The notes under the pieces were generated by a model, which was given only the letters and a program-made list of their open reading frames with translations, searched no databases and had not been told where the DNA came from. The position numbers were made by a program, and so were the translations under genes. From Candidatus Eiseniibacteriota bacterium (GTDB taxonomy: Bacteria; Eisenbacteria; RBG-16-71-46), in the NCBI GenBank assembly GCA_963744995.1, contig CAVUWA010000002.1, forward strand, positions 320,001 to 384,000: DNA of 64,000 nt, written 5' to 3'. Below are positions 52,501 to 62,300 of this stretch, piece by piece (within the stretch, counting starts at the first letter, position 1; each line of letters opens with the position of its first letter).

Positions 52501-53361
52501 GATCGAGCCGCCCGCGCCGTACCCGAGCTGAATGCCGTTCTGCGCGATGACGTTGATGTCGCCGGCGCCGGTGACGTCCGAATCGTGCACGTCCACGACC
52601 ATGCCCGCACCGTTCAGGAGCATGCCGTTCTTCTGGAAGTCGCTGACCATCACGGCGTCGCACTCGAGCGTGTAGGGGCCGCCGCCGGTGTTCGTGCAGT
52701 AGAGGCCGAAGCCGTGCTGAACGTTGTCGAGCGGGGTGTTGCGCACCCGGACGATGTCCACGTTGGCAACCCGCCCGCCGGCATTGAAGTAGGCGATGCC
52801 GACGAAACGGACGTTGGCATTGCCGCGGCCGTCGCCGTCCACGGTGAGGCCGGTGACTTCGATTTGTGCGGCGTTCTCACACAACAGCACCGGGTGGTTG
52901 GTGAAACTGCCCTGCACGAACGAGACCGGCAGTGTGGCGGGGCTCACGATCGTCGTGGTCCCGGCGCCCGCGCCGGCGAGCGTGAGGTCCTTGCCGTCGA
53001 TCACGACCTGCTCCACGTAGGTGCCGGGGGCGACGTTCACGGTGCCGCCCGGCGGGGCCGCGTCCACCGCGGCCTGAATCGTCGCAAACGCGTTGAGCCC
53101 GGCGAAGCGGCCGGCGCCGACCCGCGCACCGGCCGCGGCCTGCGCCCACGCCTGGTCCACGTAGACGAGATCGGCCGCACGCGCGCGCGCCGTTGGCACG
53201 GCTCCGCAGACGAGGAGCGCAAACGCAAGAAGCGCGCGGGCGCGGCCGCGCCCCGATCCCCCGAGGGCGCTCCGGCCCGCGCGCTCACGACGTGCCTCAC
53301 GACGCGGCGGACGGCCTTCATCCGCCGCGCGCATGCCTCCGTATGTCATCCCTGCATCCAT
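49543..53361 (-). CDS. Secreted modular protein: pectin-lyase-like beta-helix, two Cys-containing cohesin-like repeats, FN3-like plus dockerin-like module, cohesin-like domain and FlgD-like CTD
   Basis: Signal-like segment, then FATIQAAVDAA..GGTVNVAPGTY.EQV (beta-helix start) and WWGDPSGP. A tandem ~150-aa repeat follows, then LGDVS...DVGPT...VDFEDLIVFALNY, PGQTFDVPV...LGWDASVV, and SPNPS...FDLAGRRVREL...WDGRD..G..VPAGLY. Confidence 0.75.
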   Translation of the reverse strand: MDAGMTYGGMRAADEGRPPRREARRERAGRSALGGSGRGRARALLAFALLVCGAVPTARARAADLVYVDQAWAQAAAGARVGAGRFAGLNAFATIQAAVDAAPPGGTVNVAPGTYVEQVVIDGKDLTLAGAGAGTTTIVSPATLPVSFVQGSFTNHPVLLCENAAQIEVTGLTVDGDGRGNANVRFVGIAYFNAGGRVANVDIVRVRNTPLDNVQHGFGLYCTNTGGGPYTLECDAVMVSDFQKNGMLLNGAGMVVDVHDSDVTGAGDINVIAQNGIQLGYGAGGSIRDCAMANLRYSPAIAVSGAILVFQPGSPVHLSGFTGPHAFSNVQAPIRWYDGSGTIDGVETTGPVIESEDFGGITISNFSGASEPLAALPGGGPPAAPVLEPVAGTGGFAAQRTMAGFTVDISHLCMSGGDTPGTSGLYVYSTGGALMVNVTGALLHDWDFGLRVVGMNANAHLDDSSISSNLTAAIDNQGSGHPLSAESIWWGDPSGPSGVGPGTGDAILGPNVDYSPWLYSGTNAAAGCGFAAAPEQITVATGAACISTATPCVTFDVSIARSTMTDVRAFSIPVQLSSNLQLCAGTTSIVEGDYLSGAGTTFLSVIDHGGGSYTVDGTILGLPCGATAQAGTLFTLQVSKAAGPDGLGTVTIGAPTLRDCDNAPVPAAAGAPAMITIDSSGLPECGMSGLPEQIAVSTGAGCISTAAPCATFDVTISRTTAANVRAFSIPVQLSPNLQLCAGVSSITEGTYLSDVGDTYFTVVDDGGGAYTVDGVILGLPCGATAIVGTLFTLQVSKAPGPDGTGTVTIGTPTLRDCDNVPVPAAGGAPATITIDTTGPVAIGDVAASQVKTGNDADGTTKVLVTFTTPGDAVSTEVYRAGFGNYPEYDDAPGAGAAPAAPSYPPGPPWTLTAVTASGQTDETAQRDFWYYVAFTTDSCGNVSAVSNRTGGTLNYHLGDVSNGITAGQGNNHVLAEDISLLGIHYPALLGPGDPLAYLDVGPTTDHSVNALPTTDNRVDFEDLIVFALNYSVTSAPAAATRATLPDRDALSLATPEVPAPGQTFDVPVLFSGRGDVHGVSLALGWDASVVEPVAIDGGALLARQPRPVVALPAGPAAIDVALLGAGAGIGGEGVLAHATFRVLAAGDPGLAITRAEARDAENRQIVFDAGDAVDAAPAPPARTAFASVSPNPSPGGLRVAFTLARPGRVSLAVFDLAGRRVRELFDETREAGVHRVAWDGRDAAGHAVPAGLYVLRLDAPGTIATRRVTIVR
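50850..51763 (-). repeat. Tandem intragenic duplication of a cohesin-like domain (~51763-51320 and ~51290-50850)
   Basis: PEQI.V.TGA.CISTA.PC.TFDV.I.R.T...VRAFSIPVQLS.NLQLCAG...TLRDCDN.PVPAA occurs twice. Confidence 0.85.
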
Positions 53362-53374
53362 CGTATTCGTTCCC

Positions 53375-55480
53375 TCAGCGCGTCAGGACCACCGCGCGCT
53401 TCAACGTCAATCCCCCGGCCTGCAGCCTTACGAAGTAGATCCCCGAGCGCGCCGGGCCGTCGAGGGTCGCGCCGTTCCAGATCGCCTCGTGACGCCCCGC
53501 GCGCATGAAACCGTCGGCGAGGGTGGCCACCACCCGGCCCTGGATGTCGAACACCGCGAGTTTCGCGCGGGTGTCGCGCGGCAGGGAGAAGCCCAGGCGC
53601 ACGGGACCGCGGGCGGGATTCGGCGACACGCCGAGCGCGAGCGCCTGCGGCGGCGCTTCATCGCCCACCGCGACCCAGTAGTCGCATATGTGAACGGGCG
53701 ATGCGGAATTGCGCGGCGCCGGGCTCAGCGTCTCGAAGTCGAGGAGATTGTCGTCGGTGTCGACGCAGCCGGCTTCCTTGCGGTACGCGGCGCTTAGATT
53801 GTTGAGGTCGGCGGTCGGTGTGGTCTCGGCGCAGTCGGCCGGGCCGTAGCCGACGAAGTCCTCGATCGCGCCGCCGGTCGGACATGCGCCGCTGAGGACC
53901 CCGGTGTTCGAGACGAGCGCGACCTTGCCGCTGATCGCACTCATCGCAATGCCGCCGATCGCGTCGGGCGTCGGCAGGTCGACCGTGCCGCCCGCGCCGG
54001 GGGCCTGCTGAATCAGGTAGTAGTGCGCCGGCTGGATCGTTCCGATCAGCGTCGTCGTGAACCACGTCGTGCCCACCGTCGAGGCGTACTGCACCGACCA
54101 GCCGGTGACGTCCACCGGAGCGGCGCCGCGATTGAAGAGCTCGATGTAATCGTTCTTGAGCGTGGCGCCGGAGTTGCCGCCGCCGCCGTAGATCTGGCTG
54201 ATGACGATCGGATGCTGCGGCGCGAGGTCGGTCGTGAAGTGGGCGACGATGTCCTTGTTCGCGTTCACGGTCACGTGAAGCGGATTGGCGGACCCGCTGG
54301 CGTCGCCGCTCCAGTTCTGGAAGAAGTAGCCGGGCGCCGGGGTCGCGGTCAACTCCACGTCGGTGCCGAAGGCATAGGTGGCCTGGTCGGGCGACTTCGC
54401 GACCGAGCCGCCCGCGGCCGGGTCGGCGCTCACGGTGAGCGTGAACGCGGACACACAGGGGTTGGGTGCCGAGGCGCTGTTGCGCGGCGCCGGTGCGGCC
54501 GCCGAGAAGTCCGCCGAGTTGTCGTCGGTGTCCTGGCACCCGTCGAGCAGACGCAGGTCAGCCGTCGTGTTGTTGAGTCCGGGCGCCGGCGAGGTCTCGG
54601 AACAGTCCGCCGAGCCGTAGCCGACGAGATCGGCGAGCGTAGCCGGGGCGGGGCAAGATCCGGAAAGCGCGGCAGCGTCCATCACCAGCGCCACCTTGCC
54701 CGACGACGAACTCATGGTGATCGACCCGGTGGCATCCGGCGTGGGCAGGTCCACCGTGCCGCCGGCGCCCTGCGCTTCCTGGACCAGGTAGTAGCCGCCG
54801 GGCGGGATCGTGCCGGCGAGCGCCGTCGTGGCCCAGGTGACCCCGCTCGCCGAGGCGTACTGCACCGTCCAGCCTGTGAGGTCCACGCTCGACCCGCCGG
54901 CGTTGAACAGCTCGATGAAGTCGTTCTTGAGCGTCGCGCCGGAATTGCCGCCGCCGCCGTACACCTGGCTGATCCTGACGAGCGGCGCGGCCGGGGCGCC
55001 GATGTGAACGACGGCGCCCGCGCATGCGGGAATCGTCTGCGCATTGTTCGAATCGCGGAAGTCCACGCTTCCGCACGACACCGCAGCGTCGCCCGCCGCC
55101 AGGGCCTTGAAGCGCGCGTAGACCAGTACGCCCGGGCCCTGCGCGGTGCCCTCGAGCATCGCCGCGTCGTACCGGAGCGTGTCGGCCGGCGGAGTCACGT
55201 CGGGAACCAGGAACGCCGCGTAGGCGCCACCCGGGGAGGTCAGCACTTCGCCCTCGTAGGCCGACACCAGCAGCAGCCGCGTCGCGTCGTACGGGAACAC
55301 GAGCTCGAAGCCCTTGAGGTCGGGAAACGCGTCGGTGACGAAGCGCACGACGAATTCGTCGCCCACGTTCACCGTCGTGTCCGGCGGGTCGACGGACACC
55401 GTGACGGCGCCGCCCGCCCGCGGGGCGAAGGCCAGCCCGATCAGGGCCAGGCACAGGACGTTGCGCAGCGTTCTCAACAT
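53375..55480 (-). CDS. Secreted protein: cohesin-like domain, two lamin-tail domains separated by an InlB-B-like repeat, and a FlgD-like CTD
   Basis: GAGGAG RBS and signal peptide. Cohesin-like VSVDP..TTVNVGDEFVV...GFELVFPYDATRL...G.GVL...RFKA. Two copies of ISQ.YGGGGNSGATLKND.IELFN, a LTATPAPGYFFQNWSGDASG spacer, and CTD SPNPAR...SGIYFVRL. Confidence 0.78.
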   Translation of the reverse strand: MLRTLRNVLCLALIGLAFAPRAGGAVTVSVDPPDTTVNVGDEFVVRFVTDAFPDLKGFELVFPYDATRLLLVSAYEGEVLTSPGGAYAAFLVPDVTPPADTLRYDAAMLEGTAQGPGVLVYARFKALAAGDAAVSCGSVDFRDSNNAQTIPACAGAVVHIGAPAAPLVRISQVYGGGGNSGATLKNDFIELFNAGGSSVDLTGWTVQYASASGVTWATTALAGTIPPGGYYLVQEAQGAGGTVDLPTPDATGSITMSSSSGKVALVMDAAALSGSCPAPATLADLVGYGSADCSETSPAPGLNNTTADLRLLDGCQDTDDNSADFSAAAPAPRNSASAPNPCVSAFTLTVSADPAAGGSVAKSPDQATYAFGTDVELTATPAPGYFFQNWSGDASGSANPLHVTVNANKDIVAHFTTDLAPQHPIVISQIYGGGGNSGATLKNDYIELFNRGAAPVDVTGWSVQYASTVGTTWFTTTLIGTIQPAHYYLIQQAPGAGGTVDLPTPDAIGGIAMSAISGKVALVSNTGVLSGACPTGGAIEDFVGYGPADCAETTPTADLNNLSAAYRKEAGCVDTDDNLLDFETLSPAPRNSASPVHICDYWVAVGDEAPPQALALGVSPNPARGPVRLGFSLPRDTRAKLAVFDIQGRVVATLADGFMRAGRHEAIWNGATLDGPARSGIYFVRLQAGGLTLKRAVVLTR

Positions 55481-55504
55481 GGCTCTCCTCCGAACCATCC
55501 CGCG

Positions 55505-56329
55505 TCAGCGCAACAGCGCGGCGAGCGTGCGGACCGTCGCGTGTTCCGACTGCAGCGTGATCTGGTAGACCCCGGCCGGGAGCGGTCGCCCCGCGTCGTC
55601 GCGCCCGTCCCACTGGACGCGGCGCGTGCCCGGGGCGAATCGACCCTGTTCGAGGTCACGGACACGCCGTCCCTGGATGTCCCGAATGACGATCCGCTGT
55701 GCTCCATCGAGCGGATTGGTGATCTGAATCGTGGTGCTGCCATGAAACGGGTTGGGCGCGGCACGCATCGCCAGTGCCGCCGGTGACGTCCCGGGGTCGA
55801 CGTCGGTCTGAGTGCCGATCGAGATCGTCGCGTCCTCGGGATATGCGGGGTTCACGTAGATTCCACCGTTGTAGAACTGCACGCTGCGAAAGCGCACGTG
55901 GGTGATCTGCGGCGTGTCGGACGCAGTGAAATGGAGCGTGTAGATCTGACCCGGCCCGGGCAGCGACACACCGGAGCAGAGCAGCACGTCGGTGATCGCC
56001 AGGCTGTCCGCTGCCGCGCTGAAGCGGTGAAAGGTATTTCCGCAGGCGCCGGTCATGTACGCGCCCTGCTGCAGCGAGGTGGGGGAGGTCGGCACGAACG
56101 TGAGCGCGCCGGGGTCGAACTCGACGACGGCGTCGAAGCCGTTGAACAGCGAGCCGGACTCCGTGACCTCCAGGGCGAGGGTGAAGGAGCTGCCCGGCAC
56201 CACGCTCTGGCCGGTCGGCAGGATCGCGACGTGCACACCCTGTGCGGCGGCAGGACGCCCCGCGAGCAGGGCGAGCATCGCCGCGCAGAGCGCCGCAAGG
56301 CGTGCCGATGGCCACGGGAATCGCCTCAT
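55505..56329 (-). CDS. Small secreted cohesin-like protein with FlgD-like CTD
   Basis: Signal peptide, then ILPTGQSVVPGSSFTLALEV....FNGFDAVVEFDPGALTFV...GPGQIYTLHF and AAPNPFH...WDGRDDAGRPLPAGVY. The start overlaps the upstream stop. Confidence 0.75.
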   Translation of the reverse strand: MRRFPWPSARLAALCAAMLALLAGRPAAAQGVHVAILPTGQSVVPGSSFTLALEVTESGSLFNGFDAVVEFDPGALTFVPTSPTSLQQGAYMTGACGNTFHRFSAAADSLAITDVLLCSGVSLPGPGQIYTLHFTASDTPQITHVRFRSVQFYNGGIYVNPAYPEDATISIGTQTDVDPGTSPAALAMRAAPNPFHGSTTIQITNPLDGAQRIVIRDIQGRRVRDLEQGRFAPGTRRVQWDGRDDAGRPLPAGVYQITLQSEHATVRTLAALLR

Positions 56330-59300
56330 CGCATCAGCGCGATGCTGCGGGTGAAAGTGCCGGCCGCGGTTTCCAGCCGTGCGAAGTAGAGCCCCGGCCG
56401 CACGCGCTCGCCGCTGTCGGCGGTGCCGTTCCAGACGACCTGATGGGTGCCCGCGGGGTAGACACCGCGCGCGAGGGTCCGCACGCGCCGGCCGTCGACC
56501 GCGTAGATCGTCAGGTTCACCCGGCTCCGGGAAGCGAGGCTGAACGCCATCGAGGTCGTCGCCGTGAACGGGTTCGGCGACACGCGATCGAACGCCGTGA
56601 CCGCCGGCAGGTCCGGCTGCGGCCGCGGTGCACCGAAGGTCACCGGGCGGTTCGCAGCATCGCGCGCATCCACCCGGCCGAGCGCGATGGCCGGATCGCC
56701 GTCCGCCGTGGCCCGGAACGTCCACACCGCCAGGTCGCCTTCGCCGGCGAGACCCTGCCGGCCTGCGCCGAGCAGCGCGGCGTCCATGCGCCCGGGACCC
56801 GGCGAGAACAGCACGCCGCCCTGGATGTCGAGCATCGCGCCCGCGCGAACGTCGGCGGGCGTCACGATGCCCGCGTTCCAGGACAGCGATGCCGACAGCG
56901 CCTGAACGTCGCCGGCGCCGCTCATGCGCAGCGTGACCTCGAACGTCTGGCCCGCCGTGACATGTGCCGGCGCATCGAGGGTCAGGGCATCGCTCGCCGC
57001 CGTCTCCCGGACCTCGTGAGCGGCCGCAACGGGCATCCCCGGCACCCCGAAGTTGAGCGCGAACATGACCAGATCTTCGAACTGCAGGGCCCCGTCGGTG
57101 AGCGGTCTGCCGTTCACCGAGCCGTCCAGCGTCGGGCCGACGTCAAGGCAGGCCCACGCCTCCGGGCCCGTGATCGTCTCGCCGTAGTGGCTGCCGAGCA
57201 GCGATACGTCGGGCGTGCCGACCGCGCCGTCACCGGCGCACGCGGTGGTGCCGTCGGTGACGTCACCGAGCAGGTAGTTGGGGATCCCCGCCGTGACGTT
57301 CGAGACCGGCGAGACCACGTCGCACGCACTCTTCGAGAACACCACGTAGAACCACGTGTCGCGGACGGGAGGATCGTCGGTCTGTCCGCTCGCACTGACC
57401 GGGGTCAGGGTCCACGGGGCGCCGGGCGGGTACGACGGCGTGGCCGGGGTCGCGCCGCCGTCATCGTCGTAGCGCGGATAACCGCCGAACGGGGCGCGGT
57501 ACACCTCCACCGTCGCCGCGGTCGGGGGCGGGGTGAAGGACACCTGCAGGATGATGCGCCCGCCGGCGCCGCTGCCGCCTCGATCGGCGGTCGCATCTGC
57601 GATGGCGGCCGGCGGCGTCGGGTCGCAGGTGACGCACGCGATGCTCAACGCTTCGAGCACCGGCGTCGTCGCCGGATCCGAGGTGGAGAGGTCGGCGCGG
57701 TACTGGATGTAGCGGGACATGCCGCCGACGGTCGTGCCGGAACCCGCCACCGGCGCGAACGCCGTCCAGGAGCCGTCCGGGACGGCAGTGTCGCCGGTGC
57801 GAGCCGACAGGGAGATCGCGGTGCCCACGGGCAGCGCGGCGGTCCACGTCATGGCGTCCCAGGTGACGGACGCGCCGGCGTCGTACACACGGGACGTGAA
57901 CGTGCCGGAGGTCGCATAGGGAGTCTCGTGCACCCAGTCGACCGCGAGCACGCTGCCGTCGTTGTCGTAGTCGCTGAATCCCGGTCGCATCGACAGCGCG
58001 ATGGTCGTGGCGCGCCGCGCGACGCTGGCGCCGTCGACGAGGAAGATCAGGCTGTCGGGGGCGGGCTTCCATTCGATCCGGAACAGGTGCGGGGCGCCGG
58101 TGAAGGCGCCGATGGCGATGTTTTCGTTCTCGGCCCCGTTCGCCGGATTGTTGATGCGGGCATAGAGCGTCGTCCCGCCGCCGAACGTGCTGAACATCGC
58201 CCACGACTGGACGATGTCGCCGAACATGCCGGCGCCGGTAGCGGTGTTGTCGCCACTGCCGAGACCGGCATGCTGGTTGGCGGCCGTGAGGAAGGTCGCG
58301 TTGAACTCGAGCACCACGCCGCTCGCGCTGCCGGTCGTGGAAAGCGGGGTGAGCCGCGCGCCGTCGACGGCCACCGCACCCCCGGCCACGGCGGACGTGC
58401 CGCCGGTCCACGGCGTGCTGGTCCAGTCGGCGGGCAGCGACGTTCCGGAGAACTCGGCCCCCTGGGCGGGCGCCAGCGTGACCTCGCCGTTGGCGGTCAC
58501 CGACACCCACGTGTCCGACAGGGCCCCTGCGGCGAAGTCGGCCTCGACGTCGTCGGTGAAGCACGCCTGCGCCGGCGTGCTGAAGCCGAGCACGCCGGGC
58601 GGCACCGGTTCGCTCGCGGCATTGAGCGAGCCGTCCGTGGACGTGACGCGGTAGTCGTAGCCGAGGCCGGGCGTGAGCCCGGAAAGAACGATCGAGTGCG
58701 AGGTCACGAGCGCGGCATCCGACTCGTTCGAACTCAGTGCGCCGCCGCTCACTCCGTAGTCCACCCGCGAGTCCGCAGGCTCGTCGGTGGTCCAGGTGAC
58801 CGTCGCGCCCGTTCCGCCCGGATCCGGGGCGGCGACCACGTCGCTGATCACCGGCGGGGTGAGATCCGGTCCCGCGGTGCATGCCAGCGCCACGTCGCGC
58901 AGCACGGGTGTCAGGGCCGGGTCGCCGGTCGTGAGGTCGGCGCGGTACTGGACGTAGCGCGAGTTGCCGCCCACCGTGCCGCCGTTCGAGACCGCGTTGA
59001 ACGCGCTCCAGCTGCCGTCCGGGACGGCCGTGTCGCCGGTGCGGAACAGCAGCGCGACGCCGGTGCCCGACGGCGTGTCCGCGGTCCAGGTCGCGGCGCC
59101 CCAGCTGGTCGGGCCGCCCAGGTCGAAGACGCGGGAGGTGAAGCTGCCGGCGGCCGGATAGGGGGAGACGCGGAACCAGTCCACGCTGAGCGTGGCGCCG
59201 CCAACCGGATAGTCGCTGATGATCGGCACCATGTTGACTCCGACCGACTGGACGAGCGTCGTGGCGTATGCGCCGTCCACGTAGAAATCGAATCCGGTCG

Positions 59301-62300
59301 AGGTCCAGACGATGCCGTAGCGATGCGGCGCCCCCAGCAGGCCCGCGCCGAGCAGAACCTCCTGGCCCAGATCGTTGCGGGCGTAGACGCCCGTGCCGTT
59401 GTTGCCCTCACCGATCACGACCCAGGGGTTGCCGCCGAACGTACTGTCCGCGGCGAAGCCGGCGTTCTGGAACGTCCCGGTCGTGAAGGTCGCGAGGAAT
59501 TCGACCGACGTGAGCGGCGCCACCGGTGCGGCGACGTGCACGTGCGCGCCGTCGACCGTGACCTGCCCGCCGGAAAGCTGGTAGTAGCCGCCGGATGCAT
59601 ACGCGCCGGCGCTCCAGCCCGCGGGCAGTGCGGCGCCGTCGAAGTCGGCGGCGTTCGCCGGCGCGAGGATCACCTCGCCGTCGTCGTCGAGTACGAGCGC
59701 GGTGTTCGGATCCGTGCTCCCGAGCTCGAAGTCCGCGAGCGTGACGTCGGCGGGGCACGGCGCCGCGGCCGTCGTGAAGCTCAGCGGCGATGCCGGCGGC
59801 TCGGGTGCGGTGGCCGAATTGGTCGATGGATCCACCGACGTCACGCGATAGTAGTAGGTCGTCGCCGCGGCCAGGCCGCTGAGATCGGTCGAGTGCGACG
59901 CGGTCGGGGCCGGGTCGCTCGCCGACAGGGCGAGGTCGCCCGGATCCGTGCCGTAGTCGACGCGCGAGTCGGCCGCTTCATCGGTGTCCCAGGTGATGGT
60001 CGCGCCGCCGGGTCCGTTCGGGGTGGCGACGACGTTCGTGATGACCGGCGCGGTCACGTCCGCGCCCGCCGTGCAGGCGACGTGTGCGTCCTGCAGCACC
60101 GGCGTCACGCCGGGATCGGTGGTGGCGAGATCGGCGCGGTACTGGATGTAGCGGCTGTTGCCGCCGATCGTGGTGCCGCTCGAAGCCACCGGCGCGTAGG
60201 CCGTCCAGGTGCCGTCGGGAATCAGCGTGTTGCCGGTCCGCACGTTCATCTGCAGGCTCGTGCCGGCAGGCAGGTCCGCCGTCCAGGTCATCTGGTCCCA
60301 GTTGGCCGGGCCGCCGGCATCGTAGACGCGCGAGGTGAACGAGCCGCCCGCCGCATAGGGCGAGACGTGGATCCAGTCCAGGAGGACCGCCTGGCCACCG
60401 ACATCGATGTCGCTGGCGGCGGGTCGCATGGGATCGGTGATCACGATCGGCTCGGTGTGCACCAGGGCGCCGTCGATGGAGTAGTCGAAGCCGGTCGCCG
60501 TCCAGTCGATACGATAGAGATGCGATGATCCCAGGTAGCTGGTGGGGAGCGTGAAGTCGACGACGCTGCCCACGGCGGTGCGGGTGACGAACACGCCGCC
60601 GTCGCCGGTGCTGAACAGTGCGAACGGTGCGTTCTGGAAGATCGCGGTGACGCCGTTTCCGTCCGTACCGCCGCCGAAGCCCACGTGCTGCAACCGGTCG
60701 GTGGTGAAAGTGGCGACGAACTCCACCGAGGTGCCCGGCCCGTAGGTCGTCCCTTCGGGCTCGGAATTGAAACGGGCGCCGTCCACGACGAGCTGCCCGC
60801 CGGAGACCGTCGCGGAACCGCCCGCCGACCACGGATAGCCGTCCCACTCGCCGGTCGGGGGCAGCACGTCGAACTCGGCCGTGGCGGCCGGCTTCAGAAT
60901 CACGTCGCCGTCGCCGAGCGTCGTCACGGCGGTGTTCGCGTCCGGCGTGCCGGCGGCGAAATCGGCCACGGTCGCGTCGAGGAAACACTCGGGTGCCGGC
61001 ATCGTGAACTCGAGCGGTGCGGCCGGCGGATCCGGCTCGGTGGCCGCGTTGCTGGCGGCGTCGGTCGAGCCGACGCGGAAGTAGTAGAGCGTGCTGGCCG
61101 CGAGGCCGCTGAGCGTGATGCTGTGGCTGGTGAGCAGCGCCGCATCGGTCTCCTGCGACGACAGCGTGCCGGCGTCGGTGCCGTAGTCCACGCGCGAGTC
61201 CGCGGCCTCGTTGGTGGTCCAGGCGATCGTAGCCGTCCCGTCGCCGTGCGGCGTCGCGGTCACGGCGCTGATCAGCGGCGGGGTCGTATCGACGGCATAG
61301 CTCGCCGCGTAGGTCGCCGTATTCGCCGGGAAGATCGCGTACTCGATACCCTTGATGGTCTCGGTGGTGTAGGCAATCGGAATGCCGTCTTCGGTGATCC
61401 CGGTGAGCTGTCCGACCGCGGCCAGCGTGGGCAGCATGCCGCGCAGGTTGTGCGCGCCCGCCGCGACGGCGACGTCGAAGCTCAGCACGTTGCCGTTCCA
61501 GACGAGGTTCTGGAACGATGAGCCGTTGCGGCCGTCGAGCCAGTCGAGCATCTGCTTCGCCGACACCACCGGAACGCCGCGGGACTGCGCCGAGGCCACG
61601 ACGGCGTTCGAGCCGGCGTGGTTCGTGTTGTCGAAGTGCATGTTGGTGGTGAAGACGCCGTAGTAGCCCTCCGGACCGATCGCGCGGTCCAGGAGCTGAT
61701 CGCAGAACTGCGGGAACGTCTCGCCCGACTCGTCGGGCATTTCCGTCGATGCCTGGAAGCAGTCGATGATCGTGCCGTCGAGCTTCGCGAAGCGCATCGG
61801 CATGCCGGAGCCGGTGAACATGCCCGGGCGGTCCTGAATCCACACGTCCGGCCAGTAGTAGTAGTTGGTGTCGAAGCGGATCCCGTTGGCGGCTTCGACC
61901 TCGGGGGTCACGCTCCAGTCGCTCCATGCGATGCAATGGTTGCGGTTGGTCGTCGGCACCGGGAGCGAGGGGTAGGTGGACGTGAACTGCGCCATCTGAC
62001 TCGTGATGAAGTCGTCGTACTGCGTTTCGGTGAAGTTCTGACAGTTGGTGTTGACGTGCAGCGCCACCTCGAAGCCGAGATCGTTGTAGAACTGCGCCTG
62101 CGCCGGAGTGAACGTCGAGCCCACGTAGAGGTAACCGGTGGCCCTCACGCACTCCCAGTCGTCCACCGAACAGCCGGCCGGGCTCTCGTTGATGTAGATG
62201 TCGAAGCGCGGCTGCATCCCGGCGTCGCCGTGGTCGTCGCCGGTCATGACGATCGCCGCCTTGAAGTCCTTCGGCAGGTACCAGAAGCGCGGCAGCGGCG

